From an uncultured Alistipes sp. (GTDB taxonomy: Bacteria; Bacteroidota; Bacteroidia; Bacteroidales; Rikenellaceae): a stretch of 64,000 bases of DNA. Below the pieces are notes generated by a model that was not told the DNA's origin, made no database searches, and saw nothing but the letters and a program-made list of their open reading frames with translations. Within the stretch, counting starts at the first letter, position 1, and the number at the start of each line of letters is the position of its first letter. Location: the NCBI GenBank assembly GCA_964018965.1, contig CAXHRY010000011.1:13743-77742 (forward strand), read 5' to 3'. The position numbers and the translations under genes were made by a program. Positions 26,409 to 35,384 of the stretch are shown here, in pieces.

Positions 26409-29186
26409 TCAATTGTTGATCGAAATCGATTTGATGTAAATAGCTCTTGCGCTAACCGTCCATTTTAGAACGATATCTCCTGTTAAAACATTATCGGAGG
26501 TAAATTCTACATTTGTCGCAGCCGTAGTTAACTTATAAGAATCGGGGTTAAGCGCTTTGCCTCCGACGGTTACGGTCAATGTTGCATCTACTCCGGATGC
26601 TCCGCTCGTATTTACTACGATCTTAGAAATGCCGTAAGCTGTATTGCTTTCACAATATGTCTTATAGTCAGCCTCTTTTAATGTCAAAGTCATTGATGAA
26701 ATGGGCGTACTTTTAGAACCCCATTGTTGACCTTTAGTACCATCTACACTTTGAAGTGTTCCACTTCCTTCTTTTACCCAATTCCAAGACAGATTGCTCC
26801 ATGTTGCAGGAGATGCATTCCACTGTCCTGAAACAAATGTGTGGTTCCAGGCTTTACCTGCTGTGATATCACCTGTTTCGCCGCCTTCTGACTTGGCATC
26901 TTGCGAAAGAGCCACGGTTGCGGTTGCAACGGCTGCGCCGTCTTTCATGAGCGAGATCGTCAGCATGCCGGTGATTTTCTCGGTCGTTGCGTTCTCTGCA
27001 GCCGTAACGGTTACCGTAGTACCCTCGACCGATGCCGTGAACTGAGTGTTGTCGGAAGACGCTTCGATCGTGCAGCCGTCGGCTTTGGTCTTGATGACGG
27101 TAACGGTTTTCGTCTCGCCAGCGGCAGCGAACGACAGCGAGGTGGGATTGACCTCAATCGCCGGATCGGGAGTCGGCGTTTCGCCCCCTCCCTCGCCGTA
27201 GGTTACGACGATTTTCTGGATACGAGCATTACCGCTTGTGCCAGCAACAGTAAACTGCACATTTGAAGCACTTCCGGTCCACGTATTATTCGTGATCGCC
27301 GTTCCGTCGAAGTTAATAGTATTGTTAGAACCTGACTCTGAGCCAAGCGTAAATTCGACCTTGGTGATATTGGCCCCGCTGATCGTAATCGTATTGCCTC
27401 CGTAGGCTCTTACTGCGGTTCCCGAAGTGTAGTATTTGGGAGCATTACTGCTACTACCTTTATCGAAAGTTATCGTAATAGGGGATTTCTTAATCGTAGT
27501 CACTTCTACACCATTCGAATAACCCATTTGGGTGAAGTCGAATTCAACAGAATCGCCTTGTCCTGCATTCGGGTCGGTCTCGGTGGTGACCGTTACGGGC
27601 TCACTCGCTGCCGAGGCCTTGAAGTTCTCCGTATCGGTCGGGTTGGCGACGATCGAAATCGAATACTCCGTGTTGTACGACAGATCGGTCAATTCGTAGA
27701 TCGTATCTTCGGTCGTGACGGATTCGTCATTATAAGTGATCGTGTAATCCTTAGCCCCTTCGACGGTATTCCAACTTATCGTAATTGTGTTGCCTTCTAC
27801 TGCCGGTTCGTCGAGTGTCGGCGTGGCGAGCGGAGTACGGGTGTCTTCGCCGACTTTGATAAGAAGCAAATTATTTGTTTGAGTCCCTGTATAGAACGCG
27901 AATCCATATTTGGGAGTTTCGTTTTTGGCAAGAATGCGTTTGGTGTCAGCGACGGACCCGATTTTATAGGTCCCGTCGTCATTGGGCGTGATGGATAATG
28001 CGTAGCTCGAATCGCCCGTGGTTGCTCCGTTGCCGCTTACCCAAGACAAGAATTTTTTTGCATTTGTGATCGTATAGTTATCTCCGTCTTTTGCGATATT
28101 CCAGATGATCGTGGCGTCGGTCGTAGCGAATTTTTCCGATATGCCGTCGTATTCGATCGTTTTGGCAGCCAGACGCGAACCGTCGGCTTCGGAACTCATG
28201 GCATAATATACGTCGTTTTGTTTTGCAACGATCACATAGTCGCCATCCAATGTCTTGGTTTCTACCCCCTCGATACCGGACATGTTGACCGTGAAGGTCG
28301 AACTTTCGCCGGCTTTGAAGGCGAGCGAACGTCCTTCGCCGAGGGTGACTTCCTTGGTGAAGGTTTTGTTTCCTGCTTTGATGGTTACCGTGAATGTATC
28401 ACCGGCAGTCAGTTCGAACGGGAAACAGGTAAAATAGGTTTGCTTGTCTGTCGTGAAATTGCGATCGGAAGCGAATGTCAGCGTGAGGTTGTCGTTGGAC
28501 TGTCCGGAATAGCCGTATTCGATGGCTGTTCCCTCGCTGAGGTTTATGTAGCTGCGTCCGGTGACTTTCTTTCCGGGAGCTGTGAAGATGATCGAAGTGA
28601 TGGGATCGGACGAAGCGAGCGCCTTGATCGTCATTTTGCCGATGGCGACCATGCGCTTGAACTGCATATTGAGTTCGGATGGCTGAGTGCCCGTCTCAAT
28701 GGGCAGGGCGATCAGAAGATCGGCCGCAGGGTCGAAACTCGTCTCGACGGGAGACTGGGTGTCCGGAGTAGCTACTTTGAGTTTGGTAATATCGGTGTTA
28801 CTATTGGTAACCCATGCCGAGGCCGGATAAATTGCGTTGTAAGTAAATGCAGTCGCAGCGGTGTTTTCGGGAAAAGAGACTCCGAAAGATGCTTTGGTCC
28901 CATTGGAGGTTACGACACCCTCGGCGGAGTCTTTAGGGGTCGTTTTGGCGTCGGCCGTTTCGAAAACCTTGAGGTATTCGCCGGACTGGTTCCAGTAAAC
29001 CGCTCCGGTAGCAGGATCGAAGCCCGTGCGCGATTGCGGGGCGGAGGAGTCGAGATCGGAGGAGGTGACGACGGTCATTTCCACCTCATGCGGTGTGACC
29101 GGGATTTGTGTGTCGTCGTTCGAGCAGGCGGCAAAGGTCGAAACAGCGACGACGACGGCTAAAGCAGAGCGGAAAATTGTTTTCAT
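26409..29186 (-). CDS. Fimbrillin-like (type V pilin) multidomain lipoprotein with FN3- and BACON-like domains
   Basis: Lipobox FAAC, QSRT processing-like site, AIYP..., QFKRMVA; FN3-like ITISWN.VEGAKDY..LSYNTEYSI; BACON-like IEVNPTSLSFAAAGETKTV. Confidence 0.85.
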   Translation of the reverse strand: MKTIFRSALAVVVAVSTFAACSNDDTQIPVTPHEVEMTVVTSSDLDSSAPQSRTGFDPATGAVYWNQSGEYLKVFETADAKTTPKDSAEGVVTSNGTKASFGVSFPENTAATAFTYNAIYPASAWVTNSNTDITKLKVATPDTQSPVETSFDPAADLLIALPIETGTQPSELNMQFKRMVAIGKMTIKALASSDPITSIIFTAPGKKVTGRSYINLSEGTAIEYGYSGQSNDNLTLTFASDRNFTTDKQTYFTCFPFELTAGDTFTVTIKAGNKTFTKEVTLGEGRSLAFKAGESSTFTVNMSGIEGVETKTLDGDYVIVAKQNDVYYAMSSEADGSRLAAKTIEYDGISEKFATTDATIIWNIAKDGDNYTITNAKKFLSWVSGNGATTGDSSYALSITPNDDGTYKIGSVADTKRILAKNETPKYGFAFYTGTQTNNLLLIKVGEDTRTPLATPTLDEPAVEGNTITISWNTVEGAKDYTITYNDESVTTEDTIYELTDLSYNTEYSISIVANPTDTENFKASAASEPVTVTTETDPNAGQGDSVEFDFTQMGYSNGVEVTTIKKSPITITFDKGSSSNAPKYYTSGTAVRAYGGNTITISGANITKVEFTLGSESGSNNTINFDGTAITNNTWTGSASNVQFTVAGTSGNARIQKIVVTYGEGGGETPTPDPAIEVNPTSLSFAAAGETKTVTVIKTKADGCTIEASSDNTQFTASVEGTTVTVTAAENATTEKITGMLTISLMKDGAAVATATVALSQDAKSEGGETGDITAGKAWNHTFVSGQWNASPATWSNLSWNWVKEGSGTLQSVDGTKGQQWGSKSTPISSMTLTLKEADYKTYCESNTAYGISKIVVNTSGASGVDATLTVTVGGKALNPDSYKLTTAATNVEFTSDNVLTGDIVLKWTVSARAIYIKSISINN

Positions 29187-29196
29187 AGCTGTGTGT

Positions 29197-29379
29197 TTAG
29201 AACTCATCGTCGTACATGTAATCGGTTATGTCTTTACCTGCGGCCCCTTCGTCGCTGTAATCAAGCGGATTCGGACTGGTTGCGAACCCTTTTTCGACCT
29301 CGACAGTCACGATTTCGAGTTCAGGGGCGATGTAAGAATTTCCCCCCCCCTCCTGGAAGTACGGTTTGTGCGTAATCAT
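29197..29379 (-). CDS. Small leader ORF (YxAPELE...EKGFATS type) containing a G9 tract
   Basis: 60-aa ORF with a motif common in small Bacteroidales ORFs upstream of surface lipoproteins; C9 at 29342-29350 on +. Confidence 0.7.
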   Translation of the reverse strand: MITHKPYFQEGGGNSYIAPELEIVTVEVEKGFATSPNPLDYSDEGAAGKDITDYMYDDEF

Positions 29380-29422
29380 TGTTATTGATGTTTAGGTTTG
29401 AAACAATGTATGATCGTATCCG

Positions 29423-29430
29423 CAAATATA
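29423..29430 (-). promoter_or_regulatory. Bacteroidota -7 promoter element for the leader/pilin operon
   Basis: TATATTTG on the minus strand matches TAnnTTTG. Confidence 0.55.
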
Positions 29431-29563
29431 TTAAAAACGACGGGGAAATACAAGTATGTCGGGATATTTTTCGAACTGAAACCCGTAGGTTGCGTAAGGT
29501 TGCGAAAAAGAGCTAAAATCTGCATCCGAAGCTGCGAATGAAGCGTACGAAAATTCTGGCAGC

Positions 29564-32500
29564 CTAATACATATTGTCGTACTGCGATGCTGATTTGTCG
29601 TATTTGAGATCGGAAAGCGAGGCGGCTTTGACGCCGATATTGAAGCTCCACGAACGGTGGAAACCGAAAGGTATCCACGAGAAGGACATTTGCCAGCAGT
29701 GGAGATCGCGCGAAATCGCCACCGAGGAGGTGGTCAGCTTACGTTGCTTGATGTCGTAACCTCCTTGGAAAGTGATACCTGTCTTGGGGGTGAGGTTGAC
29801 CGAACCGTTGAAACCCAACGTTTGGGTGATATTCTTCTTATAGCCCTTGGGCGGGTAGTTGCCCAAGGATATGGAGTAGTTGACCGAGTAGTTGAAACCG
29901 AAGTTCCACGGCAACGAGAAGTCGTAGTAGGCTTGCGACATGTACTGCCGTCGCAGGATGGGGTCCATAGCGCCGTAGGGGTCGTAGAAGGGATTCATGT
30001 ATTCGGGCGGGATCGACGTGATGTCGTTCATGGCGCGCTGCGAGCGATCCTCGCGCGATTTGAACGTATAGCCGAACGACCAGCCCGTGGAGACCACGCG
30101 GCCGGGGAAAAAGAGTTTGTCGTAGCGTTTGCCCTCGGGGGTCACGCGATAGGGATCGAGCGTCAGCGAGAGGTTGATGCCGAAGTTGTTGAAGAGCGTC
30201 GTGCGGAACGACACGGGGATGGTCGAGAGTCCCATCGAATCGGCCAGGAAGTTGTAGGAGCCGCTGATACGCAGTTCGTCGATGAGCTTGATCTTGCGCA
30301 TGCCCGAAGTGTCGCGCTTGGAGAGAACCTTCATTTCGAGGTTCTGCGACAGCGAGAAGTTCATCGACATGGAACGTCCCGACGACGGCACGCCGTAGGC
30401 GTTGACGGCATAGGGCGAATAGGTGCGGGTGTTACCCAGCGAGTCGGTCTGAAGCGTGCGGTAGTAGCCGTATTTCATGTCGCTGAAGTCGGGTGCGTAG
30501 GAGAAGCCTACCGAGGGGGTCAGCACGTGGCGTATAGCCTGGATCTTGCGGTCGCGGCGTTTCTTGGTGAAGTCGTACATGCCGTAGACGGTGGTCGAAG
30601 CCGAGGCGCTGACGCTGTAATTGTAGAGGCGGTAGAATCCGTATTGGTTGGCCATCGTGTCGATGCGGTTGGTCATCGGGTTCCACTCGTATTCGACTTT
30701 CTTGAAGTACCATTTCTCGGAGTAGTTGACCGACGGCGAAAGATTGATGTAGTTGAACAGGTTGAACGACGCCGAGACGGGGATCGTGTGTTCGATACCG
30801 TTCTTCATGTTTTCGAGCGTCGATTTTTTGAAGACCTCGGATTCGGTGGTCGTCACCGTGTTGGTCATCTTGCCCGTATATTGCATCGAGATTTTTTCGT
30901 ACCAGCGGTCTTTGCCGGTCTTCTCCTTGCGTTTGAAAGGGTAGAAACGCGCGACATTGAAGACGACCGTCGGCAGCGTGATGGCGATCGACTTGTTGGA
31001 GGAGTTCTGCGATATGGACATGTTGGCCGAGAGCGAGAAGGGGGTTCCCGCCCAGTTCTTCGAGTAGGAGATCGACGAGTTGGTCTGCGTGGCCAACATA
31101 TCGTTGAGCGTGGTAGCCGAATATTTGCTGTAGCCGCTCGTGGCGAAGTTCACCGAGGCGGAGAAGGTCGAACCGGGGTTGGCCTTGGGGTCTTGCGAAT
31201 GAGTCCATTGCAGGCGGAAGTTGCTCTGCTTGATGTAGTCGGGCTCGCCTTTTTCTCCCGTCTTGATGTTGGAGTACTGCATGTTGAAACTTCCGCTGTA
31301 CTTATAGCGCTTGATGTAGCGCGAAGCGGCCGAGGCTTCCCACGACCCGAGCGTATAGAAACCGCCGCGCAGGGCCAGGTCGGCGTATTCGCCCAGGGTG
31401 AAGTAGTAACCCATGTCGCGCAGGAAGAATCCTTTGGTGTATTCCTCGCCGTAAGTCGGCATCAGCAGACCCGATTTGGGCCCCATGTTGATCGGGAAGA
31501 ATCCCTCGGGGATGCCGAGGAAGTAGATCGGCACGTCCTCCATGACCAGGTAGGCCGGACCCGTGACGACTTTCTTGCCGGGGATGACTTTGGCTTTGGT
31601 CATGGCCAGGTAGAAGTGGGGATGGTCGGTCTCGTCGCAGGTGGTGTATTTGCCGTGCTGGATATTCACCGTATTGTCCGGCATCTTCTTCACGCTGCCG
31701 CCCACCAGCCAGCCGTCGCCCTGTTGCGTGGCGACGCCCTTGATCTTGGCTTTCTTCGTGGAGAGGTTGTAGGAGATCGTGTCCATCTGGTAGGAGGCCG
31801 ATCCTTCGGTGAATTCGGGCTTGGTGACCGTAGGTTTGCCGTCTACCGAATCGGGTTTGCCGTAGGCGTAGACCATCTTGTCGGCCATGTCGATGCGCAT
31901 GTAGTCGGCCTTGAGGTTGCTCGTCTGGTAGGTGACGTCGCCCTGATTGTAGACGTGGACCAGTTTGCGGCGCACGTCGTAGACCAGCGAGTCGGTGCTC
32001 TTGCCTTCGATCGGGTCGTCGAGGAACGGCTGGGCGGGTTTGTATTGCGGCACGGTATCGCGGTCGAGCGAGTCGGTGCGGAGCGAATCGCCCGCCGAGC
32101 GCTGTGTCACGAGGGAATCGATGTGTTCGGCGAAAAGCGAATCGCGGGTCTCGGCGGGCAGTGCGTCGAATTCGTGGCGTCGCCGGGCATCCTCGCGGGA
32201 GGTGCGTTGCTGCGCTCTGCGGCGGCGGCTGATTTCGGCGGCGGAGGTTCGGTGCTGCTCCGCTTCGGCGGTGCGGAGCGAATCGCCCGCCGAGCGCTGT
32301 GCCACGAGGGAATCGATGTGTTCGGCGAAAAGCGAATCGCGGGTCTCGGCGGGCAGTGCGTCGAATTCGTGGCGTCGCCGGGCATCCTCGCGGGAGGTGC
32401 GTTGCTGCGCTCTGCGGCGGCGGCTGATTTCGGCGGCGGAGGTTCGGTGCTGCTCCGCTTCGGCGGTGCGGAGCGAGTCAGGGGCAGTCGGAACCGCTCT

Positions 32501-32653
32501 TTCGGCGGCGGTGTCGGGCTGCTGGGTGCGGAATGCCTCCTCGGCTGCGGTCCGACGGACCCCGCGCGGGGACGTCGTGCCCAACACTCCCTGGGCGAAG
32601 AGCAGCAACGCCGTGGCCGGGAAGAGATATTTTAGCCTGAACCGATTCAACAT
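29564..32653 (-). CDS. lptD: Putative LPS assembly protein LptD
   Basis: GKYTTCD...HPHFY, GFFP, RDLHCWQMSF.WIPFG, DLKYDK; divergent from the amidase as usual in Bacteroidota. Confidence 0.88.
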   Translation of the reverse strand: MLNRFRLKYLFPATALLLFAQGVLGTTSPRGVRRTAAEEAFRTQQPDTAAERAVPTAPDSLRTAEAEQHRTSAAEISRRRRAQQRTSREDARRRHEFDALPAETRDSLFAEHIDSLVAQRSAGDSLRTAEAEQHRTSAAEISRRRRAQQRTSREDARRRHEFDALPAETRDSLFAEHIDSLVTQRSAGDSLRTDSLDRDTVPQYKPAQPFLDDPIEGKSTDSLVYDVRRKLVHVYNQGDVTYQTSNLKADYMRIDMADKMVYAYGKPDSVDGKPTVTKPEFTEGSASYQMDTISYNLSTKKAKIKGVATQQGDGWLVGGSVKKMPDNTVNIQHGKYTTCDETDHPHFYLAMTKAKVIPGKKVVTGPAYLVMEDVPIYFLGIPEGFFPINMGPKSGLLMPTYGEEYTKGFFLRDMGYYFTLGEYADLALRGGFYTLGSWEASAASRYIKRYKYSGSFNMQYSNIKTGEKGEPDYIKQSNFRLQWTHSQDPKANPGSTFSASVNFATSGYSKYSATTLNDMLATQTNSSISYSKNWAGTPFSLSANMSISQNSSNKSIAITLPTVVFNVARFYPFKRKEKTGKDRWYEKISMQYTGKMTNTVTTTESEVFKKSTLENMKNGIEHTIPVSASFNLFNYINLSPSVNYSEKWYFKKVEYEWNPMTNRIDTMANQYGFYRLYNYSVSASASTTVYGMYDFTKKRRDRKIQAIRHVLTPSVGFSYAPDFSDMKYGYYRTLQTDSLGNTRTYSPYAVNAYGVPSSGRSMSMNFSLSQNLEMKVLSKRDTSGMRKIKLIDELRISGSYNFLADSMGLSTIPVSFRTTLFNNFGINLSLTLDPYRVTPEGKRYDKLFFPGRVVSTGWSFGYTFKSREDRSQRAMNDITSIPPEYMNPFYDPYGAMDPILRRQYMSQAYYDFSLPWNFGFNYSVNYSISLGNYPPKGYKKNITQTLGFNGSVNLTPKTGITFQGGYDIKQRKLTTSSVAISRDLHCWQMSFSWIPFGFHRSWSFNIGVKAASLSDLKYDKSASQYDNMY
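32074..32476. repeat. 195-bp in-frame tandem duplication in the lptD N-terminus
   Basis: Units start at 32074 and 32269, one mismatch seen (32107 T/32302 C); 13-bp cggtgcggagcga occurs at 32074, 32269 and 32464. Confidence 0.95.
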
Positions 32654-32668
32654 TCCGATAATTTTTCG

Positions 32669-32748
32669 TACCTTTGCCGACAAGTCGGCAAAACCGCCCG
32701 GACCCCGTTTTCGAGGTGCTCCGGTGTGGATTTAACCGGACAAAGATA
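32669..32748. promoter_or_regulatory. Pair of oppositely oriented -7 elements (amidase on +, lptD on -)
   Basis: TACCTTTG at 32669-32676 (+) and TATCTTTG at 32741-32748 (-). Confidence 0.55.
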
Positions 32749-32787
32749 GATAAAAAATCACAGAAAACCGCTCCGCCGGGATTAATT

Positions 32788-34029
32788 ATGTACACACGTC
32801 TTTCGCTCGCATTGGCCTTCGTGGCCGCGATCGTTCTTACGAACGTCGCGGCGGCCTCGGGTATTGTCTACGGCGTACGAGTGGTCGTGATCGATCCCGG
32901 TCACGGAGGGAAGCTGCCGGGGGCGCATTACGGAGGGGTGTACGAGAAGGATATCGTGCTGAATGTGGCGTTGCGTCTGGGCCGGCTCATCGAGCGCGAA
33001 ATGCCGGGCGTGAAGGTAGTCTATACGCGTCAGACGGACAAAATGCTGGGACCGACGCTGGCCGACGATCTCCAGGCCCGGGCGACGATCGCCAACAAGG
33101 CGGGCGGCGATCTCTTCATCTCGATCCATGCCAATGCGGCGCCTTCGACGGCCGCGCGCGGCGTGGAGACGCTCATCATGGGCGAGACGCCGAAGGAGCA
33201 GCGTTACAATGAGAATGCTCTTTTCGAGAGCAATCGCGAGGACCTGATCGACATGTCGGACGAACGCACGGCGGCGATCGTGCGGGCCTATATCCAGAAT
33301 CTGCAATTCATCTACGGCGAATACAGCATGGCGATCGCCCGCTGCATCGAGCGCAACTACCGCAAGGCGGGGCGTCACGTGCGGGGAATCAAGCCTCAGC
33401 TGCTGCGGGTGCTTTACGCTACGGATATGCCGGGCGTGCTGACCGAGATCGGATTCATGTCCAACCCGCAGGAGCTGGCCTATATGAAGTCGGAGAAAGG
33501 ACAGGCGGAGATCGCCCGGTCGTTGTTCGACGCCGTGCGCGAATATTCGGATCATGTGCTGGCGCAGCGCCGCGGCGATGAGAATGCTTCCGGCGGGCCG
33601 ATGTCGTCGGGAGGCGCGGAGGATGCCGCAGCTTCGGTGGAAGTTGCGGCCGGCGAGTCCGACGGTGCCGGTGCGGCCCTGGCGGCAGGCGACGATGCGA
33701 AGCGCAGCGCACAATCCGGGAAGTCGGGGCAGTCGAAATCCGGAACTTCGAAGAAGGAGACGTCCGCAACCTCCAACGCCACGGGGGAGCTGCGGTATGC
33801 CGTGCAGGTGCTCGCTGCGCCGAAGGCGTTGCCGCTCGATTCGTCGCAATTCCGCAGCTATCGCGGCAAGGTGAAACAATACGCGGGCAGCGGTGCGTTG
33901 CACTATAAATATTGTGTGGAGGAGTGTTCTTCTGCGGCCCGGGCTCAGGAGCGCCTGCGCGAGGTGCGCAAGGTCTTTCCCGACGCCTTCGTGGTATGCT
34001 GCCGCGACGGGCGTATCGTGACGCAGTAG
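32788..34029 (+). CDS. N-acetylmuramoyl-L-alanine amidase (Amidase_3)
   Basis: VIDPGHGG, EKDIVL, SIHANA, LTEIGFMSN; C-terminal SPOR-like region. Confidence 0.93.
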   Translation: MYTRLSLALAFVAAIVLTNVAAASGIVYGVRVVVIDPGHGGKLPGAHYGGVYEKDIVLNVALRLGRLIEREMPGVKVVYTRQTDKMLGPTLADDLQARATIANKAGGDLFISIHANAAPSTAARGVETLIMGETPKEQRYNENALFESNREDLIDMSDERTAAIVRAYIQNLQFIYGEYSMAIARCIERNYRKAGRHVRGIKPQLLRVLYATDMPGVLTEIGFMSNPQELAYMKSEKGQAEIARSLFDAVREYSDHVLAQRRGDENASGGPMSSGGAEDAAASVEVAAGESDGAGAALAAGDDAKRSAQSGKSGQSKSGTSKKETSATSNATGELRYAVQVLAAPKALPLDSSQFRSYRGKVKQYAGSGALHYKYCVEECSSAARAQERLREVRKVFPDAFVVCCRDGRIVTQ

Positions 34030-34241
34030 GACCGGAACTGCGGTATGAATTATGAATGACGGTTTTAGGTCATTCGCACCGAGGATTGCGTTCGGTGGCC
34101 TCTTTCGGGGAGGAAATGCGGGCGCGGAGCGGATTGCCAACGCGGCCAGGGACCGCGAGCGGAGGGCGTGAATGGAAATTGAAAACTTGGCGCGTTGACG
34201 GGTAATTGCTTGTTGATTCGTGAATAACGCGAGATTTGGAT

Positions 34242-35246
34242 ATGAAAAGAGAAGTTAAGATCGGCATTTTCGCCGTGGCGATGATCGGCGCGGCATGGGC
34301 CGGAATTCGGTTTCTGAAGGGATTCGATATCTTCAGCCGCAATGTGGAATATTATGCCGCCTACGACCAGATCAACGGCGTGCAGTCGGCTTCGCCCGTC
34401 ATGATGCAGGGTGTGAAGATCGGTACGGTGACGGACATCCGGTTCGATCCGCAGCGCAGCGATCAGGTGGTGCTGCAACTGACCATCAAGCGTGAATACC
34501 GCATTCCGTCCGACTCCGAGGCCAAGATCGTCAGCAGCAGTCTGATGGGCAACAAAGCTGTGGAGATCGCCTACGGGGCTTCGCATACCTATCTCTCGAA
34601 GGGCGATACGTTGCGTTCGGGACGCGACCGCGACCTGATGGACGTAGCCGGCTCGGAGCTCGATTTTTTCAAACAGAAAATTTCGCAGGTGACGGGCGAC
34701 GTGTCGCGTACGCTCGACAACCTGAATGCGGTTCTGGAGCGCAACGGCGACAATATCGCCGGGACGCTCGGACATCTCAATACCCTCTCGGGCGATATGG
34801 CCGAGGTGCTGTCGTCCGAGAAGCATAACCTGCGTCGGGCGATGGACAGCTTCGCCAAGTTCTCCGAGATGCTGGGCGAGAATGCCGGCCGGGTGGATAG
34901 CATTATCCTGAACCTGAACGGTATGGCGCAGCAGCTTTCCGAAGAGCAGGTCGCCGCGAAACTCGCACGTACGATCGAAGGTCTCGACGAGCTGATGGCG
35001 CGTCTGAAGGCGGGCGAAGGTACGGTGGGTCGGTTGCTGGAGGATCCGGCGCTCTACGATTCGCTCACCGTGGCGAGCGGCAATCTGGCGGCTTTGCTCT
35101 CCGACGTGAAACAGTATCCGGGGCGTTATGTCCACTTTTCGCTTTTCGGGCGCGACCCGGAGAAGGCCAAGGCGAGGGCCGATCGCAAGGCTGCGCGTGC
35201 CGCAGAGAAGTTGCGGCAGGATTCGCTGGCCGGAAAAAATCGGTAA
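34242..35246 (+). CDS. MlaD/MCE family protein
   Basis: MKREVKIG TM, GV...PV...GVKIGTV, SSLMG, P.RYVHFSLFG. Confidence 0.9.
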   Translation: MKREVKIGIFAVAMIGAAWAGIRFLKGFDIFSRNVEYYAAYDQINGVQSASPVMMQGVKIGTVTDIRFDPQRSDQVVLQLTIKREYRIPSDSEAKIVSSSLMGNKAVEIAYGASHTYLSKGDTLRSGRDRDLMDVAGSELDFFKQKISQVTGDVSRTLDNLNAVLERNGDNIAGTLGHLNTLSGDMAEVLSSEKHNLRRAMDSFAKFSEMLGENAGRVDSIILNLNGMAQQLSEEQVAAKLARTIEGLDELMARLKAGEGTVGRLLEDPALYDSLTVASGNLAALLSDVKQYPGRYVHFSLFGRDPEKAKARADRKAARAAEKLRQDSLAGKNR

Positions 35247-35384
35247 TATCGTCCGCAAACCCGCTCCGGAACGGACGGGTTTCGCGGCGGAACAGGTTGC
35301 TGCTTGTCGGTACCGGACGGGGCGGCTGCGGGCCGACGTCGCGGATGCGGGGTGCCGGACCGGCGTTAACATTTCGGTTATTTC

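Noticed and set aside
26370-26411. UGA plus hairpin as a selenocysteine SECIS
   Set aside because: The UGA falls in an interdomain linker, not at a catalytic Cys position, and no sel genes are in view; generic readthrough or a nonsense mutation is more plausible
29657-32635. 992-aa + strand ORF and other long antisense ORFs (e.g. 35844-38024, 38031-40307, 44020-45747, 55339-57216)
   Set aside because: Shadow frames of well-supported GC-rich genes on the opposite strand; no protein motifs
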